DNA from: Mobula hypostoma
Lineage: Eukaryota
Length of the DNA: 64,000 nt
Direction of reading: 5' to 3'
Assembly (NCBI RefSeq): GCF_963921235.1
Contig: NC_086097.1
Coordinates: 132,868,001 to 132,932,000, forward strand
This document shows, piece after piece, positions 49,675-60,687 of the stretch (position 1 is the stretch's first letter; every line of letters begins with the position of its first letter). Under the pieces are notes generated by a model that did no database searches, was not told the origin of the DNA, and saw nothing but the letters and a program-made list of their open reading frames with translations. Made by a program: the position numbers and the translations under genes.

Positions 49675-51550
49675 AAAAAGAATCTTAAGAAAGAAATTAG
49701 AAAAGCTTAAAGAAGATGTAAGGTTGCTTTGGCAAGTAAGGTGAAAATAAATCCCAAGGGTTTCTACAGTTATATTAATAGCAAAAGGATAGTGAGGGAT
49801 AAAATTGGTCCCTTAGGGAATCAGAGTGGACAGCTATGTGTGGAGGCAAAAGAGATGGGGGAGATTCTGAACAATTTCTTTTCTTCAGTATTCACTAAGG
49901 AGAAGGATATTGAATTGTGTAAGATAAGGGAAACAGGTAGGTAAGTTATGGAAACTATGATGATTAAAGAGGAAGAAGTACGGGAGCTTTTAAGGAATAT
50001 AAATGTGGATAAGTCTCCGGGTCCTGACAGGATACCCCATAGGACCTTGAGGGAAGTTAGTGTAGAAATAGCAGGGGCTCTGACAGAAATATTTCAAATG
50101 TCATTAGAAGCTGGGATGGTGCCGGAGGATTGGCGTATTGCTCATGTTGTTCCATTGTTTAAAAAGGGTTCTAAGAGTAAACCTAGCAATTATCGGCCTG
50201 TGAGTTTGGCGTCAGTGGTGGGTAAATTGATGGAAAGTATTCTTAGAGATGGTATATAATATAGATAGACAGGGTCTGATTAGGAACAGTCAACATGGAT
50301 TTGTGCGTTGAAGGTCACATTTGACAAATCTTATTGAATTTTTTGAAGAGGTTACTGGGAAAGTTGACGAGGGTAAAGCTGTGGATGTTGTCTATATGGA
50401 CTTCAGTAAGGCCTTTGACAAGGTTCGACACGGAAGGTTAGTTAGGAAGGTTCAATCGTCAGGTTATATTAATATTGAAGTAGTATAATGGATTCAGCAG
50501 TGGCTAGATGGGAGACACCAGAGAGTAGTGGTGGGTAACTGTTTGTCAGATTGGAGGCTGGTGACTAGTGGTGTGCCTCAGGGATCTGTACTGGGTCCAA
50601 TGTTGTTTGCATATACATTAATGATCTGGATGATGGGGTGGTAAATTGGATGAGTAAATATGCAGATGATAGGTGGAGTTGTAGATAATGAAGTAGGTTT
50701 TCAAAGCTTGCAGAGAGATGTAGGCCAATTAGAAGAGTGGGCTGAAAGATAGCAGATGGAGTTTAATGCTGATAAATGTGAGGTGCTACATTTTGGTTGG
50801 ACTAATCAAAATAGAACATACATGGTAAATGGTAGGGCATTGAAGTATGCAATAGAACAGAGGGATCTAGGAATAATGGTGCATAGTTCCCTGAAGGTGG
50901 AATCTCATGTAGATAGGGTGGTGAGGAAAGCTTTTGGTATGCTGGCCTTTATAAATCAGAGCATTGAGTTGGGATGTAATGTTGAAATTGTACAAGGCAT
51001 TGGTGAGGCCAAATTTGGAGTATTGTCTACAGTTTTGGAAAGATGTCAAGAAAATAGAGAGAGTACAGAGAAGATTTACTAGAATGTTATCTGGGTTTCA
51101 TCACCTAAGTTACAGAGAAAGGTTGAACAAGTTGGGTCTTTATTCTTTGGAACGTAGAAGGTTGAGGAGGGACTTGATAGAGGTATTTAAAATTATGAGG
51201 GGGATAGATAGAGTTGACGTGGATAAGCTTTTTCCATTGAGAGTGGGGGAGATTTAAACAAGAGGACACATGTTGAGATTTAAAGGGCAAAAGTTTAGGG
51301 GTAACATGAGGGGGAACTTCTTTACTCAGAGAGTAGTAGCTGTGTGGAATGAGCTTCCAGCAGAAGTGGTTGAGGCAGGTTCGATGTTTTTGTTTAAAGT
51401 TAAATTGGACAGCTATATGGACAGGAAAGGAATGGAGGGTTATGGGCTGAGTGCAGGTCGGTGGGACTAGGTGAGAGTAAGAGTTTGGCATGGACTAGAA
51501 GGGACGTGACGGCATGTTTCCGTGCTGTAATTGTTAAGTTATATGGTTAT
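49675..51550 (+). mobile_element. CR1 ORF2 RT and 3' end
   Basis: Translations [75 protein letters not shown]; tail gttatatggttat. Confidence 0.95.
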
Positions 51551-52419
51551 ACTGTGTACATTTTTCTGACATTAAATGTACCTTGCAAATCTTTGAGATG
51601 GAGGCCATAATGTTACCTACTGTTTGTTTATCCTCTACCTGTTACAGGATGTGGCTGTCATCGGCAATGCTATCATTTACTGTCCATTCCCGAATGTTAA
51701 AGATAGGAGAAACAATTAAAACTCAATCATGTTAATATTCCAGTCCATGCCCCTTTATTGGAAATAAAAGCAAGCAGCTCTGATGAAGGTCTTCAATCTG
51801 AAGCATTAATTCTTGTTTCTCTTTCAACAGATCCTGTCAGATCAGTTGAGTGTCTCCAGCACTTTTCGCTTTTATTTCAGACTTCTAGCATTCACAAATG
51901 TCTCTTTTTTTAATTTTCACTTATTAATCAGTCAGGTAAGGACAGTAGTGAGCCAGATGGGTTCTTATGGCATTACTGATACCTTGATAGTTACCATTAT
52001 TGACACAAGCGTTTTGTTTAAATTCTAGGTTTATTTAATTTCTTGACATTAAATTCCCCAGCTGTCACAGTGAGATTCAAACTGATTATTTCCAAACGCT
52101 GGCGATAAATTCAGTTGCTTAACCACGACACGACCACAGCCCAAACAGCAACTACGTCCAAGAATTTATCACACATGTATTCACTAATGAATTTCTAACC
52201 AAATGAGACTGGATTGAAACAACTGAGGATCATGCTTAAGATGCTTAGAAATTAGAAAATAAAAAGAAGGTTATAAAATAAAACTCAGGAAAAATAAATT
52301 GTCGAGTTGCAATAGGGTACAAGGAGCCTGTGTCAACTTTTGGAATTTAATTACACCCACTCTCCTCCTCCTTCTCAATATCCCTACCCTTTCAAATAAA
52401 TATCCGATGCTTATTGAAG

Positions 52420-52730
52420 GTAATTGGTTTCTTATTGCCAGCTGTCTCAAGCTACAATGAAAAGCTTTATTTTGCATGCCATTCAAACAGATCATTTCAG
52501 CACATCGGTGCGTTGTGGTAGCACAAAGTAAAAGCAATAACAAAATGCAGAATGCAGTGTTATAATTACAGAGGAAGTACAGTGCAGCAGACAATGTGCA
52601 ACGGCATGACAAAGTAGTCTGGCAGGTCAACAATCCATCTTATCATACAAGAGGTCCATTCAATAGTCATATAACAGCAGGATAGAAGCTGTTTTTGAGC
52701 CTGGTAACATGTGCTTTCAGGCTTTTGTAG
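52420..52730 (-). mobile_element. Rex1/Babar-type 3' UTR fragment
   Basis: Aligns with 12490-12810 (KAHVTRLKNSFYPAVI-like). Confidence 0.65.
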
Positions 52731-53899
52731 ACTATCATCATGTACTCCAGCTGCAACAAATAAATTCTCCTCATCTTCCTCAACCCTATTCCCCTGCCAT
52801 TTTAATTTTCTGATGAAATACTCTGAGACAATACTGGGAGTGGCCAGTAATGCCGAGGGAAACTAACTGGTGGGAGAGAAAAATACACGTATCCATTAAT
52901 TTGTTTTTCATTACTTAAATCTGGTAGATGCACACACAGAGTGAGTTTTAACTCTGGCAGTGTAATTGTAAGACTTGACTAGAAGATTGTGGTCCACCAG
53001 GCAGTGAACCCTGTCAACATGTTCCCTTCAGACCAAAGATCAGAATATCATGTTGCTTGTAGCTACTCTAGGAATAGTAAATACCATTTGTGAGAAGACA
53101 GACTTCTTTGAAGAGCTTTGTCTTCGCTAGTAGACATTTGCTGTGCCTGAAAATTTGGGTGCACTGCTTCACAGTCTGATTTAGAACCAATCCTCCCATC
53201 TATTAGATTGTTTTCAGTAGGAGAGAAAGATGTTTGTAACTGGTATATTTGTTGGTAATTTTTATTCATTTATGGGAGGGGGCCATTTTTGTTCATGACT
53301 GACTTTATCGCCCATTTCTGCTTCCTCTTCAACTAAGTGGCTTGCTAGGCTATTGCAGAGGGAAATGAGAAAATACAGGAGCATGGTAGTTAAGTTATTA
53401 ATTGATGCCCAGTTTTATGAGTACAATTCCCACCAATGCAACTGAGAAATTTAAATCCATGTCATTATATGAGTAATAAAGCACTAGGCTCAGTAACTAA
53501 TGGTATGTTTTAAAAGCTGATTTCATTAATGCTCTTCGGAGGAGAAAGCCTACTACTCTTCCATGAACTGACTTATATGTGATCCCAGATCCTGCAGTGT
53601 GCTTGACTTTCAATTCCCTCCTTAATTCAAAGGCAATTACAAATGTGCAATATGTGTAGTGACAACTGGTGGAGGGGATTCACATGTTGTCAGATCAGCA
53701 AGAGGGGTTTCTTCCGTAAGGGACATTAATGAACTGAAAGGCTTTTTCGTTAGTCTAGAGATTCCATTAACATTTAGATTAGTTTTGTATTCCTTTAATT
53801 ATTTAAGTGAACTTAACCCCCCCCCCCCCCAATAAACACACACACAAATTTAGGGAAGTTTAAAATCATTTCATATTTACAAACTTGCTTGCAACATAG

Positions 53900-54235
53900 A
53901 TAGACATTATTTCAGCCCCATCAAGTTCCTATGCCAGCTCATAAAGCAATACCACTTCCCCATTGTCTTTTTCCCCTTTAACCACACATTCCCATTGATG
54001 TATCTCTCTCCAGGTCCCACCACCATTAACCAAAAACCTACATCAAGACAATTTGCAGTGGTCAATTAATCCACCAACCCCACATATCTTTGAGAAGTGG
54101 GAGGAGACCAGAGAATGTGGAAGAAGCCCACAAATTCACAAGAAGAATATGTAGACTCCACACAGATAGCACCAGAGATCAGAATCAATTCTAAGTAGCT
54201 GAAGTAGCGTTCTACCAGCTGTGCCACTGTGCCAT
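53900..54235 (-). mobile_element. HE1/V-SINE-like SINE
   Basis: caatttgcagtggtcaattaatccaccaacc..tctttgagaagtgggaggagaccagag..actccacacagatagcacc is the reverse complement of the V-domain seen at 13680. Confidence 0.7.
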
Positions 54236-54614
54236 TTGATTATTGGTCCAGATTTCTGTGCTTATAACTTCCACACAACTAAGTTACAATTGGGTGGGGT
54301 TATAGAAAGCAAAAGCACAGAAGAAAACAAATTGAGTCACCACATTCATGTTGTAGGATAATGTGCAGCATTGACGGATATGATGGTCTCTATATTTTCA
54401 ATTTCACACCCTCAGTGCAGAGTCCTCACATTCACACAAAGTGCAGATCTAGAGCATGATCAATTAGTGGCAGAGTGCATAGGTCTGAAAATGAAAACAG
54501 ATTAGCTAAATAGAAGGAAGAGCAATATTATTTGAAATTCAGTTGAGAATGAATGTAAATTACATCCTTGCATTAAGTGTCATTTTTCTTGGATTAAAAT
54601 AGGCCCATACTTAC

Positions 54615-54697
54615 CCAATGGTGTAATGAATGGTGTAAAAACAACTGAAGTGATAATGTTGTGACATTTGGCATCTTCTGTAGTCTCAATATAGAGT
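54615..54697 (-). other. Candidate 83-nt internal exon of an unidentified host gene
   Basis: Minus strand tttttcctttgactgtctctctctcaatggcattccag|ACTCTA...CATTGG|gtaagtat: strong acceptor and donor in non-repetitive DNA; open in two frames. Confidence 0.4.
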
Positions 54698-55710
54698 CTG
54701 GAATGCCATTGAGAGAGAGACAGTCAAAGGAAAAATCAATGTTGAATGCCATTGGTGAGCACTGAAATCCTCATCACAGAATGAGCCAGTTCATCCTATG
54801 ATATTACAAATGGACCTTAGAAAGATCTCTTTATATAGTCCCATACCCTCAAAACCTTGTAAATGATCTCTGTTCATGCATTTACCTGATTCTTCTTTGA
54901 AAACTCTATGGGATCTACTTTTTCTGTCCTTCCAATAGTTCATTCAGGTCACGAACATTGGTACACAGTTCTATTGACCTAGGTTCAAACCTAATCTTTG
55001 GTGCCGTCTTGTGGAGTTTATACCTTCTCCCTAGGTCTGTGTCAAAGTCATCTCAAGGTCATGTTGGCTGGCACATTTATTAGTCACTGTAAATTGCCCT
55101 TGCTGCGTAGCTGAGTTGTTGAGAATCTGGGGAGAGATGATGGGAATAGAACATAGAAAATGGTACAAGAACATAGAACAACACAGCACAGTAACAGGAC
55201 CTTTGATCCACAATGTCTGCACTAAAATTAAACTAAATTAAACGAAATCTCTTCTGCGTGCACATGATCCTTATGCTTCCATCCCTTGTATACTCACATG
55301 TCTAACAGTCTCTCAAATACCTGTTTTACCTGCTTTCACTACTACTCTGCAGCCTGTTCCAGGCATGTAGGGAATGTCGGGAGTATAAGATAGGATTAGT
55401 GTAGAATGGTAATTGATGACAGGCTGAAGGGACTGCTTTATGCCGAGGATACTCCAAACATAGTTAAAACTACTCATTAGTTTTAAATATAACTATATAT
55501 ATACACACAGAAACATAATATTATTATAACAGTTCATTTTTTATAATTGGCCAAAGAGCCTAATTCTGCTGCTATATCTTATGGTCTTCATTTCTTCACA
55601 GGAAGCTCCCATAAGTAGCAATGTATCAATACCCAAGTGAGCAGTTTTAATAATGTTGAATGAATGAATATTGGCTAATATTGGCCAAAACAAACTAAAC
55701 AGATAGTTTA

Positions 55711-58035
55711 CTTCTTCATCTCCTTCAGATCCCATCGTCAGCTCCTGGGTCCTCAGAGGCTCCATCTTCCTCTCACCCCAACCCTCCCCTCTCCATTGAC
55801 ACCACCAGCCTCCCCCCTCCCCGCTCTGATCCCAGCTCTCATCCGTGCTGGGTCTTTACCATCCCCTCCGACCTTCAACTGTCGGAGGCAGAGCGCTCTG
55901 TCCTCAGTAAGGGCCTCACCTTTGTCTCCCTTCGCCCACACCTCAGCGAGTTCTGTGTTCGCCATGATGCGGAACTTTTCTTCCGCCGTCTCCGTCTCCA
56001 AGCCTACTTCTTCAGCAAGGACTCTTCCACCCCCACCGATGACCCCTTCTCCCATCTCCAACCCTCCTCTTCTTCATGGACACCCCGCTCTGGTCTTCTG
56101 CCTGCTCTGGATCTCTTTATCGCTAACTGCCAACGGGGCATCAACCGTCTCGACTTCACCGCACCTTGTCCCCATTCCAACCTCACTCCTTCGGAACGCT
56201 CTGCTCTCCACTCCCTCTGCACTAATCCTAACATTATTAAACCCGCCAATAAGGGGGGTGCTGTTGTAGTCTGGCGTACTGACCGCTACCTTGCCGAGGC
56301 ACAGCGACAACTTGCGGATACCTCCTCTTATTTACCCCTCGATCGTGACCCCACTAAGGAGCACCAGGCCATTGTCTCCCACACCATCACTGACTTTATC
56401 CGCTCAGGGGATCTCCCATCCATTGCTACCAACCTAATAGTTCCCACACCTCGCACTTCCTGTTTCTACCTCCTACCCAAGATCCACAAACCTGCCTGTC
56501 CTGGCCGACCTATTGTCTCAGCTTGCTCCTGCCCCACCGAACTCATTTCTGCATACCTCGACACGGTTTTATCACCCCTTGTTCAATCCTTTCCGACCTA
56601 TGTTCGTGGCACTTCTCACACTCTTAAACTTTTCGATGATTTTAAGTTCTTTGGCCCCCACCGCTTTATTTTCACCATGGATGTCCAGTCCCTATATACT
56701 TCCATCCCCCATCAGGAAGGTCTCAAAACTCTACGCTTCTTTTTGGATTCCAGACCTAATCAGTTCCCCTCTACCACCACTCTGCTCTGTCTAGCGGAAT
56801 TAGTCCTTACTCTTAATAATTTCTCCTTTGGCTCCTCCCACTTCCTCCAAACTAAAGGTGTAGCTATGGGCACCCGTATGGGTCCTAGTTATGCCTGCTT
56901 TTTTGTTGGCTTTGTGAAACAATCTATGTTCCGTGCCTATTCTGGTATCTGTCCCCCACTTTTCCTTCGCTACATCGACGACTGCATTGGCGCTGCTTCC
57001 TGCAGGCATGCAGAGCTCGTTGACTTTATAACTTTGCCTCCAACTTTCACCCTGCCCTCAAGTTTACCTGGTCCATTTCCGACACCTCCCTCCCCTTTCT
57101 AGACCTTTCTGTCTCTGTCTCTGGAGACAGCTTATCCACTGATGTCTACTATAAGCCTACTGACTCTCACAGCTATCTGGACTATTCCTCTTCTCACCCT
57201 GTCTCTTGCAAAAACGCCATCCCCTTCTCGCAATTCCTCTGTCTCCGCCGCATCTGCTCTCAGGATGAGGCTTTTCATTCTAGGACGAGGAAGATGTCTT
57301 CCTTTTTTAAAGAAAGGGGCTTCCCTTCCTCCACTATCAACTCTGCTCTTAAACGCATCTCCCGCATTTCATGTACATCTGCTCTTACTCCATCCTCCCG
57401 CCACCCCACCAGGAATAGGGTTCCCCTGGTCCTCACCTACCACCCCACCAGCCTCCAGGTCCAACATATTATTCTCCGTAACTTCCGCCACCTCCAACGG
57501 GATCCCACCACTAAGCACATCTTTCCCTTCCCCCCCCCCTGCATTCCACAGGGATCGCTCCCTACTCAACTCCCTTGTCCATTCGTCCCCCCCATCCCTC
57601 CCCACTGATCTCCCTTCTGGCACTTACCCGTGTAAGCGGAACAAGTGCTACACATGCCCTTACACTTCCTCCCTTACCACCATTCAGGGCCCCAAACAGT
57701 CCTTCCAGGTGAGGCAACTCTTCACCTGTGAGTCGGCTGGGGTGATATACTGCATCCGGTGCTCCCGATGTGGCCTTTTATATATTGGTGAGACCCGACG
57801 CAGACTGGGAGACCGCTTTGCTGAACACCTACGCTCTGTCCGCCAGAGAAAGCAGGATCTCCCAGTGGCCACACATTTTAATTCCACATCCCATTCCCAT
57901 TCTGACATGTCTATCCACGGCCTCCTCTACTGTAAAGATGAAGGCACACTCAGGTTGGAGGGACAACGCCTTATATTCCGTCTGGGTAGCCTCCAACCTG
58001 ATGGCATGAACATCGACTTCTCTAACTTCCGCTAA
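55711..58035 (+). pseudogene. PLE RT/GIY-YIG polyprotein, no start codon, two frameshifts (about 57030 and 57535)
   Basis: Frame open from the 5' junction: LSKGLTF, IKPANKGGAVVVW, FYLLPKIHK..PGRPIVS, MDVQSLYTSIP, GVAMGTRMGPSYA, RYIDD. After the shifts: PFLD, YKPTDSH, PCKRNKCYTC, GVIYCIRCSRCGLLYIGET..RFAEH..GMN. Confidence 0.93.
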
Positions 58036-58319
58036 TGCCCCACCTCCCCCTCGTACCCCATCTGTTACTTATTTTTATACACACATTCTTTCTCTCACTC
58101 TCCTTTGTCCCTCTGAATATACCCCTTTCCCATCCTCTGGGTCCCACCCCCGCTTGTCTTTCTTCCCGGACCTCCTGTCCCATGATCCTCTCGTATCCCT
58201 TTTGCCTATCATCTGTCCAGCTCTTGGCTCCATCCCTCCCCCTCCTGTCTTCTCCCATCATTTCGGATCTCCCCCTCCCCCTCCCACTTTCAAATCTCTT
58301 ACTCACTCTTCCTTCAGTT

Positions 58320-58355
58320 AGTCCTGACGAAGGGTCTCGGCCTGAAACGTCGACT
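58320..58355 (+). ncRNA. Minimal type I hammerhead ribozyme motif (best-preserved copy)
   Basis: AGTC-CTGACGA-A-GGGT(CTCG)GCCT-GAAA-CG-TC^-GACT. All core nucleotides present, GUC cleavage triplet ending at 58351, palindromic ACGT stem III. Confidence 0.82.
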
Positions 58356-59519
58356 GCACCGCTTCCTAGAGATGCTGCCTGGCCTGCTGCGTTCAGCAGC
58401 AACTTTGATGTGTGTTGCTTGAATTTCCAGCATCTGCAGAATTCCTGTTGTAAACAGATAGTTAACATTTTCTTCTTTGAAATAGTGTGAAGGGACCTGG
58501 GACATGGGCAGTGGGAAAGCCAGATTTAAAATTTCACCTCTCAAAAGTGCAGTGCTCCGGAGTCACGTCTGTTCAGCTAAGCGCAGTGAGATGTGGAAAT
58601 CCAAGCCCAAAGTCCTGATGAGTGGTTTTGACCCTGAAAACCTACAGTTCCTTTGCCCCCCAACAGATGCTGCTCAACCTGCCAAATTCCAGCAGCAGTT
58701 AAGTTTATTGCTCCAGATTCCAGCACCCGCAGTCTGCTGTATCTCCTAGCACATTCTGCCTTTCCCAATAGTTATAACCTGTTTGATCTAGTGGATTAAA
58801 GGCAACCTAATACTTCATTCATTCTCAGAAACAAAATCAGAATCAGGTTTATTCTCTCTGAAGCATGTTGTGAAATTTGTTGTTTTGTAGCAGCAATATT
58901 GATCAGTGCACACATGAAAATAAATTACCATAAGTGACAATAAGAAATACAGAATATGAGAATAAATTAGCAGTGCAAAAAGAGAGAAGAAGAGTGAGGT
59001 AGCATTCAGAAATCTGATGGCAGAGGGAAAGGAGCTGCATGCAATAAGGAACAGCTCTGTGAAACTATTTTCTGCATTGTTATATCTCATATAATACATC
59101 CATTACATTTATTACAGTGGTGTGTTCAAATCAATTTATTGCAAAGCATCAAAGGCTGAAAGAGCACATTATTGTTTTTTTGTGTGTTTTGTCAGCTCTA
59201 CCCGAGGTAGCTTCAGATTGTTGAGTTGCTGATTATAATTCAAAGTTTTGTTTCTGCAGTAAGTGGGAGGTGATCTCATACTTTGCCTTATTAGCAAACA
59301 CTGCTGACAGAGCTGGGTGAAATGGCATTGAAGAGATTCTACAGGGTTATGGGGAAGGAATGCAGTCTTAAGCTCTGCAACCCGTGGGCTCTGATTGTGG
59401 GTTGTAGGAAGATCGACAAGTATCTACAGTATGTGAAGGCTACCCAAGCATGGTGGGACAAAGTTCACAATAGTGTCAATATACAGGACAGCTGGCAGAA
59501 ACCTTTGTTTGCAATAATC

Positions 59520-59960
59520 ACAGTCACAGGGTTATACAGCATGAAAACAGGCCACTTAGCTGCTACAGTGTGTCCATGCCAATCAGTGGGCACCCATCTT
59601 CCAGTAATTGGACCATAGCCTTCCATCATGCCTGGCTGATTCAAGCGCTCGTCAGTCACTTCTTAAATGCTGTCAGTGACCCTGCTTCCACCACTTTCTT
59701 AGACAGTGCTTTTCAAGAGTTCACCACTCTCTGCGTGAAGAATCCACTCTAAATCTGTCACCCCTTACCCTAAATATATGCCCTTAATTCTTACCTACCT
59801 CTAATACGGAGAAAAGTTTCCAACAGTCCACCCTATATATGCCCCTTACGTACCCTCAATCACATACCCCCTGATCAACACCTATTTTAGGGAGAACAGA
59901 CCCAGCCTCTCCAGTTTCTCTTTATAACTAAATTGCTCTGTCAGAGGAGATATCCTGATC
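59520..59960 (-). mobile_element. Old CR1 3' fragment
   Basis: acagcatgaaaacaggcc 3' end; reverse complement gives FTQRVVNS*K-like CR1 C-terminus. Confidence 0.7.
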
Positions 59961-60274
59961 TGTAGATGAGGTGTAATATGTCTTGTGAGAATTTCTTATT
60001 AAATAGTGGCCGAGGAGCCAATCTGCGGGGGTTTGGGAGAGCAGATAGGATAATGGACTGCTTCTAACCCCATTATGATGTCTATTGAAACATCTGCTCT
60101 GATGCACCTCCTAATGCAAAATGAGTGGAGTACTGTGCATGACTGTATCCCACCTCACAAAAAAAAACTCATCCTCAGCAGTGAGGACTTGTTCATTTGA
60201 CTCAGTGAATATTTATAACTCTGTAAAGTTGATCCCCATAATATCATTTGGTTGTCCTTTTATGATAGTGTCAA

Positions 60275-60687
60275 GGAGTCACAGAGAACTACAGCACAGA
60301 AACAAGCTCTTTGGCCTAAATGGCCCATGCCAGCCTGGTTTCCTGCTTAGTCCCATCTACCCGCACATAGATCATAGCACTCATACCTTTCTCACCCATG
60401 TACCTATACAAAATTACCATAAATATTGCAATTGAACCCACATCTATTACTTACACTGCAAGACCATTCCACACTTACAACACCCTCTGAGTGAAGTAGT
60501 TCCTCCCTAGACTTCCATTAAGTATTTCCCCTTTCATTCTAAGTTTTATGATTTCTAGTTCTAGTCTTACCCCACCTGAAGGGAGAGAGTCTGTAGGCAT
60601 TTACCCTATCCACATACCTCATAATTTTGTATTCCTCTACTCTTATTCTCCTGCATTCCAGTGAATGAAGCCCTAACCTATTCAACT
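60275..60687 (-). mobile_element. CR1 3' fragment, truncated by the PLE
   Basis: LNRLGLHSLECRRIR..YKIMRYVDRVN and the 3' UTR. Confidence 0.8.

Larger units (their letters stand above)
55709..58450 (+). mobile_element. Young 5'-truncated Penelope-like element (Neptune-type)
   Basis: 13-bp TSD TAAACAGATAGTT at 55696-55708 and 58451-58463; RT + Cys linker + GIY-YIG; pyrimidine-rich 3' UTR; hammerhead motif. Confidence 0.96.
55590..58580 (-). mobile_element. Ancient Deu-domain (AmnSINE1/SacSINE1-like) SINE split by the PLE (halves about 55590-55708 and 58464-58580)
   Basis: Reverse complement gives cactatttcaaagaaga..tggccaatatt..acattgctacttatgggagcttcctgtg, resembling the Deu core (family call from recall). 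Confidence 0.5.

Noticed and set aside
53817..53846. Poly-C and (CA)n tract; other homopolymers
   Set aside because: Ordinary low-complexity sequence.
57142..57530. Long alternative-frame and antisense ORFs in PLEs (also 55796-56269, 8969-9550, 6895-7152)
   Set aside because: By-products of the C/T-rich, stop-poor PLE strand and frameshifts; not separate genes.
59196..59258. Plus-strand exon-like segment (tttgtcag..gca|gtaagt)
   Set aside because: Stops in all three frames; no other support.
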